Notes under the pieces: generated by a model
What the model was told of the DNA's origin: nothing
What the model saw: the letters and a program-made list of their open reading frames with translations, nothing else
Database searches by the model: none
Translations under genes and position numbers: made by a program
Shown: positions 38,101 through 51,300 of the stretch, in pieces
Layout of the letters: every line of letters begins with the position of its first letter
Position numbering within the stretch: position 1 is the first letter of the stretch
Assembly (NCBI RefSeq): GCF_048593235.1
Contig: NC_133617.1
Location: 705,850,958-705,914,957, forward strand
Reading direction: 5' to 3'
From: Sminthopsis crassicaudata
Lineage: Eukaryota
Length of the DNA: 64,000 nt

Positions 38101-41100
38101 TTATAAAGATCAAAGGAGAAAGTCTACACAGAGTACTTTAGAGATGCTCTAATGAGCAGCTAATGTCTAAATGAGACATAGATGTTAGTTTCACTTCTCA
38201 GATTAACCATCCCAAGTTCTTCCTCGATATCCCATGGTTGGGAGAAAAATGAGTCTCCAGACATGAGGAAGATGAGGGCCAATATTCTCCATGGGACTCT
38301 GGAGAATTAAAAATACATTTATGCCCCTATCAAAGTATCAGCAACACCCCCTCTCACCTCTATACACAGACAGGGCAGCAGGAACTCATAGGGCAACTGG
38401 ACCGTGTGACCTCCAGACAGAGTCTCCTGTATGAGAAGAAGAAAGGGAAGGCAAGATGCCTGAGAAAGGGGCAGGTGCATCCTGGATGGGTATCTCCAGG
38501 CCAGTGAAAAAGATCTGGAGGCTTAAGGATTGAGGAAGAGAAAAGTAGGAACTAGCTTGAAAATTCCCAAATATATCAAATTTGTCCATTGCAAAATACT
38601 CTTTCTTTTTCCTTTGAAAAAACTGCTCTATAAGGGAAAGGTCTGTATTTTGTATTTAATTGTTTGCTTCATTACTCCCATTCTCTACATTTTGTTGTCT
38701 GGAATTCTGACAATGATATTCTGGGAAAAGGATTAGGGGTATGTATGTACAAGGAGATTTGGAATGGAATATCCCACCCCCAGGGCTGCTCACAGGGATC
38801 AGAACCAGGAAGCAGGCTGCCAGGATTGCCAGGTTATGTATGACACATATGATATGTCTATAATCCCATGCTGTCCTGACCTCAGAGGCAACAGCTTTGA
38901 GCTAATGAGAGATGAAGCTTATTGGAGCACTAGGACATAGGTTAAATCAAGAAAGAATTCATCTTGAGAGAAGGGGGGAGATGAAATGCCAGACACATAT
39001 AGCAGGTTGGAAGACTGGACAAGGAAGTCAAAAGGCCTGAGTTCTAGTACCAACTAGTGACACTAATTCACAGAGTGACCATGAACAAATTGACTAATCT
39101 CTGTGGGCCTCAGTTGTGCTTATCTATAAAATGGTATCAATAATTCCTATTCCACTGATAATGAAGAATAATGCTCATTTCCTGACAGAGAAATGATAGA
39201 CCCAATATGAAGACTATGACACATATTTATAGACATGGCCAATGAAAGACTTTGTTTTGCTTCATCATGCATTTATATTACGAAGGCTTGGTTTTCTTTT
39301 TTCGGTGAGGAAACAAAAATAGACGCTTGATAATTGAAAAAAATTGAAAAATTAAAATAAACAAAACAATCCCTCTCCTACTAATTTCACTAGGCACCTA
39401 TGAAGATCAAAGGTTAATGCATGAGAGAGCTTTGAAAAACATAAAGCCTTCTAGGCAACTATAAGGGGATGTTAAAATGAATTTTTCTAACCATTTTTAC
39501 CTCAAAACCTTGGCTGGAATTTCAGCCCCACTGCTTGTTATAGTTTCAGATTTAGCAACCTTTTCAAGACAGGGTGTCATGTTGTTAACCCTTGATTGGT
39601 CAGAGTCACAGAAATCCACCCCACCCCCTTAAAAGTATCTCCTCCATAAATTTCTTAAAGCAATAGAAGAAATTATTGAGGTCAAAATTGATGGGTTCAA
39701 TTATATTTGAACAATGGAAGCAATGAGCCTAAAATAAAAAGGGGGGGGAAAAAAGAGAGAATAGACATATCTTGATTTCCAGAACATACAGAAAACTATT
39801 ATGAGGGCAGGGAAGCATAGTGGAAAGGTCTGGTCTAGGATTAGGAAACTCTGGGTTCAGGTACTATCTCAGCATCATGATGGTATGTATGTAAGTGATC
39901 ATAAAGAAATTACTTAACCCCTGGCAAGTCTTTAGAAAAGTTACAGATGAGATGAAACTCTGAATCAGGGTAGGACTTTCCATGTCAAGAATTCTCCCAC
40001 ACTAATGAAATAACAAAACAAAATCTCCAACTTACACACACACACACACAAAAGAGAAGTAAAAGGAAGGAGAGACAATTCATAAAAACCACTTAATGGA
40101 ACTGAAGAACAAATAATGAAACTTTCCCCCTCCTCATAGAAGAGCACAAGATGAAGATACATTACATTGTCAGATATAGTTGCTACATCTATGGGATAGA
40201 TAGACAGATAGAGCTACTATAAAGAGAATTACTATAACTATAGAAAGTTTATACTACAGACTTACTAAATATATAGTTATATCTAGTTAATATACATATT
40301 GTTACAAGAAGTGTTGGATTATATTCAATGATTTTCAGAAATAATTGTGCTGTGTAGACAAAAGGCATCCCAAAATGTTTTTTTTAAAAAGAAGGTTCTG
40401 AAAGTAAAAATTAGACAATTCATGGGAAAAGAAAGCAAAGAGTAAATAAACATAGGGAAACACTTAACCTCACTAATAATTTTCTTTTGGGGAAAGCAAT
40501 CAGCATTAAATGATTTGTCCAGAGTCATGCAGCTGGTAAGTGTCTGAGATCACACTTGAATTCAGGTTCTCCTCACTCCAGAGCCAGTGTTTCCCCTAAT
40601 CATTAAAATAATTAAATGAGACAAGAATGAAAACTACAAGGGACCTCCATATGTGCATTTAACTATCACTATTAAACCATTAAATTAAAAAAAAAAAAAA
40701 AAAAAGAAAATTAATGATGCAAGTATATTCTCCAGTGCTGAACAGAGTAACATTTCTGGAAAGCAAACAAGCCCCATGTGACAAAATCGGCCATGTCCTT
40801 TGACTTAGTGATCTATCCAAAGTTGGAACTACATATCAAGAAAAAAAAAATTAAAGTACTCTAAGTATAAAGATTTTTATAGCAGCATTAGTTAGAATAG
40901 TGAGACTCAGAGGGAAAGAGATGTGAATTACTGAAAAGTTGCCCATTGAATTTGAAATCAGGGGATTTACATTTGAATTCTATCTCTGCAGAAAGAGTAC
41001 CGGTGTGATGACCTGAGGCAAGGTAAAATGAGGATGTCTGTATGGCTTCTGAAGTCATTCTAAGCTCAAAATCTTAGTTATATATGTATGCATGTGTCTA

Positions 41101-44100
41101 TGTGTGCATATATTTATATACACACATATGTATATTTATGTATGTGATAAGTTACATGTGACACAGAGATCTGCATTTACATGTTGTTGTTTTTTTTAAA
41201 TTGGAGATTCCAGTAAGCACAACTTTTTTTTTTTTTTTTTAATAATAGCTTTTTATTTTCAAACTATATGCAAAGGTAGTTTTCAACATTCACTCTTGTA
41301 AAACCTTATGTTCCAAATTTGTTCACTTCATTCCCTCCCCTAGATGGAAAGTAATTTAATATATGTAAAACATGTATAACTCTTCTATACATACTTCCTC
41401 ATTGTCATGCTGCACAAGAAAAATCAGACTAAAAAGGAAAAAAAATGAAAACAAAAGCCAACTAAACAACAACAAAAAAGGTGAAAATATTATGTTGTGT
41501 ACCACATTCAATACCCCTAGCTCTCTCAGAATCCATCACAAGTCCTGAATCACCACCTCATTATTGAAAAGAATCCCTTCCATCAGAATTGATCATCACA
41601 TAATTTTGTTGCTATGTACAATGTTCTCTTGGTTCTACTTGCTTCACTTAGCATCAGTTCATGTAAATCTCACCAGCATCTCTGAAATCATCTTGCTGAT
41701 CATTTCTTATACAACAATAATATTCCATAACATTCATATACCATCATTTATTTATTATAGCCATTTCCTAACTGATGGGCATCCACTGAGTTTCCAGTCC
41801 CTTGCCATTACAAAAAGGGCTGCTACAAACATTTTTGCACACATAGATCCTTTTCCCTAAGCACACCTTTTTTTTTTTTTTTTAAAGCTGAGCTGCTTTT
41901 AAAATTCTGAACTTCACACACAAAAAAAATTAAGATCATTTCCATTACAAAGTAGAACACAAAAATATATATGAAACTATAAATAGCTATTCCACACCTC
42001 TTTAAAAAAAAGAAAAAAAACACAACTTTCAATATTATTCTGCTTGAGTCTCCTTCCACTCATTCTCTTTCATGCATTAAAAAAAATTTTTTTTCAATAT
42101 TCTTTTTTCAATATCACCAATGATACCTCCTTTCCACTCTTATCCATATCCTTTCTATTAAAAACCGGAGAGAAAAAAAGGCCATATGCCTATCAAGTGG
42201 GGAATCACTGCATAAGTTATGGTACATGAAAGTAATGGAATATTATTTTTCTATAAGAAATGATGAGCAGCAAAAAGTTATCAAACTGTGCATACTCTTT
42301 GATCCAGCAGTGTTATTACTGGGCTTATATTCCAAAGAGATCTTAAAGGGAAAGGGACCCACATGAGCAAGAATGTTGGTGGCAGCCCTCTTTGTAGTGG
42401 CCAGAAACTGGAAACTGAGTGGATGCCCATCAACTAGAGAATGACTGAATAAATTGTGGTATATGAATGTTATGGAATATTATTGTTCTATAAGAAATGA
42501 CCAGCAGGATGATTTCAGAAAGGCCTGGAGAGACTTACATGAACTGATGGTGAGTGAAATGAGCAGGACCAGGAGATCGTTGTATACTTCAACAACAATA
42601 CTATATGATGATCAATTCTGATGGACGAGGCCCTCTCCAACAATGAGATTAATCAAATCAGTTCCAATAGAGCAGTAATGAACTGAACCAGCCACACCCA
42701 GCGAAAGAACTCTGGGAGATGACTATGAACCGCTACATTGAATTCCCAATCCCTCTAATTTTGTCCACCCGAATTTTTGATTCCTTCACAGGCTAATTGT
42801 ACATTATTTCAAAGTCCAATTCTTTTTTGTACAGCAAAACAACTGTTTGGACATGTGTACATATATTGTATTTAATTTATACTTTAACATATTGAACATG
42901 TATTGGTCAACCTGCCATCTGTGGGGAAAGAGGGAAAAAGTTGGAACAAAAGGCTTGGCAATTGTTAACGCTGAAAAATTACCCATGCATATATCTTATA
43001 AAAAAAAATGATGAGCAGGAAATGAAGAGCATGGAAAGACTTACATGAACTCAGCAGAATCCAAAGAAAATTATATACAGTGAAAATATATACAGTTACA
43101 ACAAGATTATGTGATGATCAATTCTGATAGATTTGGTTTTTTTCAACAATGAGATGATTCAAGGCAATTCCAATAGACTTGGGATGGAAAGTGCCATCCC
43201 CATCCAGAGAGAGAACTACAAAGACTAAATGTGGTTTAAGGCATAGTATTTTCACTTTTTGTTGTTGTTTATTTGCTTGCTTGTTTTTTTTTTTCTTTCT
43301 CATAGTTTTTCCCTTTTGATCTTATTTTTCTTTCACAACATTACAAATATGGAAACATATTTAAAAGAATTACACATATTTAACTTATATCAGATTGCTG
43401 TCTTAGGGAAATGAGACATAAAAGAGGAAGGAAGGGAGTAAAATTGAAATACAAAGTCTTAGAAATTAATGTTGAAAATTATCTTTCCATGTATTTGGAA
43501 AAATAAAATACTATTAAAAATAGCAAAGGAAAAAGAAAAAAAGAAAAAATCCCACATTGTAACAAATGAGCATAATCAAGCAAAACAAATGCCTACAATG
43601 ACTATAACCAAAAATGTCAGTTTCCTTCTGAAGCATCTCAGTTAGGTCGGAGTACACATGAGAAGTTTCTCCTTAAAATGCATTTATACATATTCTCAAC
43701 AGGTTCAGCCCATCATCTTTTATGCTATGACTTTCATAGCATCAGGGCACAGAGACTCTCTGGGATAGGGCAGGAGAGGGCAGATATAAGCAATGCAGAG
43801 AACCTTGGAGAATAGATGTGAGAACATGAAGAAAGCTTGGGTGGCCAGACAGCGTGGGACCTATCATAAAGACATTATTCTCTCCTAGAAGGCACTGGCA
43901 GAATACAAAGAACACTTCACCTCAGAGTCAGAAGCCTGGGTTTAAATTCCAGGTTCTCCACTGTGAGGTGAGGTGAATTCCAATAGAATTTAAACTCCCT
44001 AAAATCTCTAAATCTCACTTCTCTCATCTGTAAAATGGACATAATCTCTATCTGCTCTATGTACATCACAGAGTTGTTATGAAGAAAGCACTTTTAAAAT

Positions 44101-47100
44101 TTGAAAGGACTACATAAAATTGGGCTCTGGGTAAGATTATGTTCTTCTCCCTTCCCTGAGAATACTCTCCAGGGACCCTTGGGCCCAGGTGGTCTGCCTG
44201 CCCAGGGGATTGCATTTTTGTTACCTGTCTGTGGAAGGGACTGCTCAGCTCCTCACATTCGAGAACCCATTGGTGGCACAGCCTCACACTGATGTCAGGC
44301 CCCGGTGGGGCTGTCACCTGAACAGCCCTTTCTCCTGGCAGCAATGTGAAGGAGAACGCAGGCCCTGCAGCAAGCAGAACGAGCTGGGAGATGACTCAGC
44401 TCAGAATGGTCCAGGTAGGCTTGGCCACCAATACATGGACATCTTTGGGGGGTAGGGAGGTGGGAGGATGGCCCCAGCTAGCCCTTCCAGGAAACATGCC
44501 CTGGTGCTCACCTCTATGCCCTTGGGAATCAGGCAACTGTGGAGTTCCATCAGCTACTTCTGGAGGGCTAAGCTGGGTCCGTTTTAAGCGAAGGCCAGAG
44601 CTGGGCACAGCTGGGAAGGAGACAGCGACATGGTGGCCCTGTCTAGCCCGGCAGCAGTCACATAGCCACTTCCACTGAGGATAGAGGATAAGACAATCTT
44701 GCATGTGCCCGGTTGTTTGCCTCTGCCAGTAGAAGGTGAGCTTCTTGGGGCACAGACTGAGTTTTTGTCTTCTTTAAATCCCTATTATATTTTACCCCCA
44801 TAGTCATCATAAATACATATTTGTTGATGATCACAATTGGCCTCGAACTAGAGGTCAGAGATCTGACTCTGTCCTCCTATTGACCTGTGTGGCCACAGGT
44901 AAGTAAGTCATTCAAGGCCTCAGTTTTCCTATCGGTAAAATGAGAATAATAATCCATCTCCCCTTCCCTTTACATATCTTTCACTAGACAACGAGAGAAT
45001 GAGATGGGGCGATAGACGTAATAACACTTTGGTAAGAAAAATGGCATAGGTGTCAGGGCACAGACAAGCTGCAGAATGAAGAGGGGTGGGCAAATGAAGG
45101 AAGAGGCAGGCTACCTGGGCAGTGGTGGGCATTCTAAGCCTGATGCAGAGCTGGAGCTTATGGGACTTGTGAAATTTCCTCACTAGAAAGTGAAGCTGGT
45201 GCTTTGGAAAACCTGAGGATGGAGAAGAAGAAAAGCATTACTGGGGACATATATAATCGTTTTGGAGGTCACAGAACCATAGAATTGGAGTTAGAAGGAA
45301 TTTTAGAGACCAGATAGTCTAACTCCTTCATTTTTCAATTGAAGAAATTGAGATTAGGAGAGATTTTTGCTTTGCCCAAGATAATAACAGCTAATAAAAA
45401 TCTGAGGTAGGATTTGGACCAAGGTTCTGTGGACTCCAAATGCGAAATTCTCATCTCTGTCTTTTCTCTACCTTCTTTTCCTAATGAAGCATTATTGCAT
45501 GTTAGAAACTATTATTTGCAAATGCAGAAATATGTTTAAAAGAATTGCACACATTTAACCTCTATCAGATTGCTTGCTCTTTTGGGGAGGGGGGACGTAA
45601 ACAAGAAAGAGAGAAAAATTTGGAACACAAATGTTGGGGGCTATCTTTGCATGTGTTTGGAAAATGAAATAGTTTTGAAAATTAAAAAAGAAAAAAAGAA
45701 ACTGTCATTTGGAAACAAAGCATGATGAAATAGATGTAATCCTGGTCTGGAATCCCATCTCACAGATATAATCTTGAGCAAGTCATTTGTCTTTCTATCT
45801 CAGACTCAGTTTCCTCATCAGTAAAATTAACTTAATATTATCCTCTATCATGGGTCATAATGAGAAACAACTGAGATGCTATATTTAAAGCACTTTGTCA
45901 CTTAAAAGTTCTCATGAATGTTAAAAATCCAGGAGGAAAATGGGGTTACTATAGAAAGACAGACCAAAAAGACTGAATCTCTTTGTAGATCATCTCAGCC
46001 TTAGACATTTCAGATCAATCCCAGTCGGTGCTATAGTCTGGTTAGAATGGGCCTCTTGACCCAAAATGGGCAGGGAGGAGGGACATGTGGGTAGAAATAG
46101 CTAAAATGACAGAAAAATTCAGTAAGTACCACCCCCTACTTCAAAGGGTACCACTAACCCATGTGGTTACTCTTTCCTGGCCTACTCACTAGAAATACAC
46201 CAATAAAAGGCTTCAGCTCTTTAGATCTGCCTTGAGAAAACATCCCACAGACTCCAACCAATCTGAGCCATTCAGAGCCAGCCTGAAATGTTCTCTGCTC
46301 AGATAGATGCCTGAGATTATGTTTTTTCATCCTTCAAAACTGAAACCAATGTCAAAATGGTGATTGGAATGGGATGATAGACAAATGGTCAGGGCATATG
46401 AATCCTCAAAATCTTGGTCTCCTAAGTCAGGGTGACCACTATTGACTGTCTCTCTACCCCCCCCAGATAGGGGGCTCTTCCTTTTTATTTCTGCTTCTTG
46501 ATTTCCTTCAAGTCCCTGCTAAAATTCTACCTTCTTCAAAAAGATTTTCTTGAAATCCCTTGATGCCTTTCCTCTATTGTTCATCCCAACTAATCCTGTA
46601 TATATATATATATATATTGTTTGCCTGTTGCCTCCTTCATTAGACTGAGTTTTTTAAGAGCAGGAACTATCTTTTGACTTTTTTGTATCCCCAGCACTTA
46701 GTCCAGTGACAGGCACATAGTTGGCGCTTAATAAATGCTTGATCTAGGTTCTGTCTTTGTAGCTTTTGATCCTAGATCTGATTAACATAGTCTATAAAAC
46801 TTCAGAGATTCTATATAGAAAAGTCCCCAAATCCAAGTGTACAAAAATGAAGCTGGAGAGTATCACTTAAAGACAGATCTTTAAGCAAGAGGTAAGCTAA
46901 ATTGTGCGTTATACAGTGAATTTAGAAAAGGCACCCTCATGAGACAAAGAATTACTAATGACTAAAAATATGAAACATTTCAAGGAAAATTTGTTTAGAT
47001 TCACAGAAGGAAGGTGAACAAACATGTTCTTCCACAGGTAACATAGAAAAAAGTGTAGAAATAAGATATATGGGGACTACAAGTCCTGGTTTAGCCACTA

Positions 47101-48305
47101 ATTAGCCATGTGATCTTGAGCTAAGAACTCTCCAGGCTTTAAGCTTCCCCATCTATAAAGCAAAAGCATTAAACTAGATGATCTCTGAGATTCCTCCCAA
47201 TTCTAAAATCCCATAATTTTATGATGTTCTATTCCTTTGGACTTCTATAAGAGACAAACCAGGGTTTCTATAGATACTAGGTTTGAACTAAGATTCCAGC
47301 TTTAATCTCTCATTTCTAACTTTATTTCTTAAGCTCTTCCCTTCCCCAAGGGCCCACTCACTAAACGTGAATGGGCTATCTGATAGTCTAAGTCTCACTC
47401 CAACTTATTCAGGAGAACTAACTGATCCCAAAGGATGAACCTCTATTCTAAATTTATGCTCTTCATACCTGGAATGTTCAAAGCAAGTTGGATGTGGAAG
47501 GAGAGTGCGCTTCGCCACACCAAAGTGCACTTTGACCTTGTGGAGGGGATCCCATGCTGGTGAAGGTCAAGAGCAAGCTTTTCTGCAAGGCATTAGGAAG
47601 GGGGACCGACATTGGAGACTCATTTACTTTTCTGTGCTGACAGAAGGAACAAGTTAGGGCTGGGGAGTAGGAAGCATGGGAAACTTGAAACATGTGTATG
47701 CCAGGGCTCCAGAGAAGGGAGCGTCGGAGACTTGAAACGCGTGTATACTGTGTCTATGTATGTGTATGTGTGTGTATATTTCTTTTACAAAAAGAGAAAA
47801 CAGACTCACCGATAAAATTGTCATCCTGCTCAGGGGCCAGGGTAGAAAAGAAAGAAAAGAAGCGTTAATATAGAGATTGTCAGGGAAACACTAGCCCAGG
47901 ACCTTTGTCCCAAACTGCCCGATGGAAGTCATTGGGCTAGTAACCCACCCACGCAGGGTCATTTGCTGGTTCCACTCTCTATAAGACACAAATCCACCAC
48001 CTTCACGCTGAAGTCCTGCCCCAACAGTCTATTTTCCGAGCAGAGACATTGGGAGGAGGAGGGGAGGACAAGGGGGAAGTAGGGAACGAAGCTGAGGAGA
48101 ATCTTTGCCAGACCTAAGGCAGGGAAGCAGGGGAAGGGCGGGAGTCGTTCCCAGCGCTTCGTGTCCTTACCATGCGGGAAGACTGAAAGCATCGGAGCCC
48201 CCACCAGGTCACAGGAGAGGATCTGATCCCAGCAGAACCAGAGAGGCAGAGGAGAAGAAAAAAGGAAGGACCGAGGAGGGGAGCCCCTGGCACCAGGCTC
48301 CCCAT
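31033..48305 (-). CDS. IL17RE: Interleukin-17 receptor E, 700 aa. Exons: 48171..48305, 47810..47825, 47469..47582 (least certain), 45115..45212, 44512..44674, 44225..44364, 38358..38426, 37156..37222, 36237..36412, 35920..35967, 35732..35777, 35456..35604, 32232..32300, 32105..32156, 31922..32029, 31033..31685
   Basis: Signal peptide MGSLVPGAPLLGPSFFLLLCLSGSAG; 16-nt DDNFIG micro-exon; SVRLCHQWVLECEELSSP; LPYEFLLPCLCIE; DFWRSVHFTDYS; VWRSDVQYAQKHLLCPDVSHRHLG; a TM segment; SEFIR domain RPVLLLYSADSEAHRRLVGALAELLR...LEREAAR. Splice sites are GT-AG, phases are continuous and the total is 2103 nt. Confidence 0.93.
32934..33060. mobile_element. Non-autonomous hAT/Charlie-like MITE fragment
   Basis: Ends in CCCCAGGTTAAGAACTTCTG and shares internal sequence with the copy at about 34555-34770. 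Confidence 0.45.
33154..33345 (+). mobile_element. WSINE1-like SINE with (AAAT)n tail
   Basis: AGCTAAATGGCACAATGGATAGAGC...GGACCTGAGTTTCAAAT...GGGCAAGTCATTTAACCC followed by AAAT repeats. Confidence 0.6.
34555..34770. mobile_element. Non-autonomous hAT/Charlie-like MITE
   Basis: Imperfect terminal inverted repeats (AGAGGTTTTCAAT ... GATTAAGAACCGCTG) around an AT-rich core. Confidence 0.45.
34818..34952 (+). mobile_element. 5'-truncated WSINE1-like SINE with 15-bp target-site duplication
   Basis: TSD AAAGAATAGCTTCCC (34803-34817) and AAAGAATAACTTCCC (34953-34967); B-box GAGTTCAAATC; A-rich tail. Confidence 0.75.
41224..41857 (-). mobile_element. LINE-1 3' fragment (about 630 bp) with TSD
   Basis: Poly-T start; flanked by TAAGCACAAC (41214-41223) and TAAGCACACC (41858-41867), each followed by a T-run. 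Confidence 0.75.
42271..43005 (+). mobile_element. LINE-1 3' fragment (ORF2 C-terminus plus 3'UTR) nested in an older L1
   Basis: Decayed ORF2 end (FDPAVLLLGLY...KLSGCPS...NKLWYMNVMEYYCSIRND); TSD AAATGATGAGCAG at 42258-42270 and 43006-43018. Confidence 0.8.
46555..46740 (+). mobile_element. LINE-2 3' end
   Basis: Canonical L2 terminus TTTGTATCCCCAGCACTTAG...GGCACATAGTTGGCGCTTAATAAATGCTT. Confidence 0.65.
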
Positions 48306-51300
48306 GGGCCTCGGAGAGCTCAGCGCACCGGGAGCATGGCTGCATTGCTGGAGATGGGCGGCCAGGTGCCCCTCTCGGGTGCGGGACGCCCCAGCCCCAG
48401 CCCCAGCCCCAGCCCGCCCCTGCCCCTGCGGCTGCCCCAAGCTCCTCCTAGCTGCTCAGCAGCCGGCCAGACCACATTCCTCTTCTCCTGAGCTAGGGCT
48501 TGTTCTGGAAGGGAGTTCTGCTCCCAGTTCCGGAGCCAAAATGCTCCCCAGGTTGACTTGCCTTTAGAGGTGGAGCAGGTAGGTGAAGGAAAGGGCCTGA
48601 GTTTGAGGGAAAGGTTGGGCTGCGCTCTCCGAGGGAGGAGTGTCTGCTCCCTAACCCCTCCCACCCCTCACCTTCCCGCCCTGGAGCTCCGATCTTTTCA
48701 CCAGGCTGTCTAGCAGCCCTATATCTCAAAAGAGCGAGCTGTCGAGGCACATGCACGGCGCTGAGCTAGCGCTAAAAGCTTTCCACCCTAATTCTGGGGA
48801 GCCACTTGCTGTCTCTTGTTCCTCAGTCCGGCTCGATAAAAACGAATTTTCTCCTTCCTCCCATATATCTCTTTTTGATCCAGCTACTCCGGAGAAAAGG
48901 GTCTAAGTTAGAGGGACTCAGGAACCTCAAGGCCCCGTATCTCCAGGCGGTCGAGTCAGGAAGCTCCAAAATCTGCCCAGAAGCCAAGCCCTGGAGATAG
49001 GGGAGGGGCCCGTGTCAATACTGACCTGGTTTCCTGCGGTTTCCTGTGCTGGAAAAAAAAAAAAAAAAAAGCAGGAGGGGTAGGTTCCATTATTTGTGGG
49101 GACCCTACCATCCCACAGCTTCCTCCTTCTCATGTCCCATTCAGACTGCCTCAGCCCCTACTTTTGAGATAATTCTATCCGTAGATAGTATAGATATATA
49201 AATAAAAATAGATAAAAGGAGATAAATCTGTTCAGATTCTATCCCTAGACGTAGACGTTGTGTCTGGTATCTTGATTATGGGAAGCCTCCTAAGGCAGCT
49301 GAGAGAACAGAGAAACTACGGGATAGGATGGTGCGAGTACACTTGAGTTAGTCTCGAGACATTTGGGTCGGAATCTTATTTCTGCCACTGTCTAGCAAAT
49401 GACCTTGGCCACTTTAGACATTCTGCTCCGAGACTCACCTTCACCTATAATATCAGGAGACTAGAACTTGGCGATCAAAGCCTAGCATCTCTTGTCTTGT
49501 GGCTTCACACCTCAATAGCTGATAGCTATCAATAGCAGACAGTGCCTGGCTCTTAATAAATGATTATTCAGTGACTGGAGGGAAGGCAGGCTCATATTCC
49601 CTTACTTCCTGAAGTTGAGAAATTAGACTGGAAAGAAAGCAATAATAAGTAACTAGAGTTGACTGTTTTACCATAAATGGAAGGAGTGAAGGCAGAGAAA
49701 GAGGGTGGATAGTTGGGTGGAGCACAGGAAATTATGACTTTTATAAGGTGCAGGGATTGTTGGCAGGTGTCACTAAGGGGGAAGGGAAAGGGTGAGAGAA
49801 GGGAATAAGCATTTATATGCCACTTATTATGTGCCAGGCAATGTGCTAAGCACTTTATAAATTATTTCCTTGGATTCTCACAACTTTGGGAGGTAGGCAC
49901 TGCTATTACCCCCATTTTACAGTTGTGAAAATTGAGGCAAACAAATGCTAAACTCACTCGCCCCAAGGTCACCCAGCTACTAAGTATCTGAGGCTGGATT
50001 GAACTCAGGTCGTCTTGATGCTACCCCTGATATTCCAAACTGCTGGCAACCAAATTACTTTACAATTAGAAGAATGCTAACAAGGGTAATTCAAGGATGC
50101 TTTCTGCATGGAAAAAGGCTTTCTCTACAGCTCAGTACTGGTGCCCCTCATCTATAAGCTTATGTCAAAATCAAATAGCCTGGATTTCATATCCTAACCT
50201 TTACTTAGACCAAAGTTTCTTAAACTGAATCAAATGGGGTCTTATAACTAAATGTAGGGGCTGTGAAATTATGATTTATTATCAATGTGTTTGATTGGTA
50301 TACCTATTTTATATACCTCATATCCAGGGTTGCATAAAAATCAGCTGCTTTAATGAGGTATCACAGAACAGGCACATCTGTTGGGCCAGGTCTAGCGTAT
50401 CTAATTGATGCCTTTACCTCTGTTCTGGAAGACAGCCAAGTTCTAAAAAATTGAGGAAAGATTTATGAGACCCAGATTTATCTTCTAATCATCTCCTTGG
50501 GATGGGCCTTAATCCTTTGGCTGAGGATGAAGGTGACAGAAGTAATCCGAGTTTCTCTACTATTTTACTATTGAATACATCAAATGCTGTTTCAACATTG
50601 ATTGGGGAAGTAACAACTGTTATAAAGGAGATTTCTATTCAGGGGAAGTAATTAGAAAATAATTGAGGTAGAAAAATTCAGCAATAAAGCTTTTTAAAGT
50701 AATGTCTTTGAGGTAGATGACAATTCATTTGATTCCTATTCATCCTTATACCACTGGAATGCTCAAATAACTAGTTTCTTTTCTCCAAAGTATTGTACAT
50801 TGGTTGATATTCAAAAGGATTTAAGGTACAAGAACCTGAAATATTTCCTAAGTGCAAAAGAAAATAATATGCTCCTCTTATGACAGTTGTAGTTTAATTG
50901 CATTTTTAATTTTTAAAAATTTGGTAATCTGTGTGTAATTACATATTATTTATAAAAAATAACTATCTGGAATTCTCCACTCTCCCCTTTCATATGGATA
51001 ACCACCCTCCTTCAAAGTCTGAATTAAGCTCCCCTGACTGAGACTTTATGAGGACTCCACCCCACACAGACTTCACCCTTCTCTAGTTCTTGCCATTACT
51101 GTCTGGACAGCTCAATTAATGTTGTCAACTAATTGATGCTTGTTTATCTGCTTCAGTAGACTGTAAATTCACAATTTAAGAAAAGACTATGCCAGTTATA
51201 TTACATTCTATTAAACAGCATAGCACAGTCCTGAGCACAACACAAAGTAGATGCTCTCCAAATGTAGGCTGATTAACCAAAATATTCAATTAAAAACACT

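Noticed and set aside
39980-41140. (CA)n, (GATA)n and (TATG)n simple repeats and poly-A tracts
   Set aside because: Short, ordinary microsatellites in an intron with no further structure.
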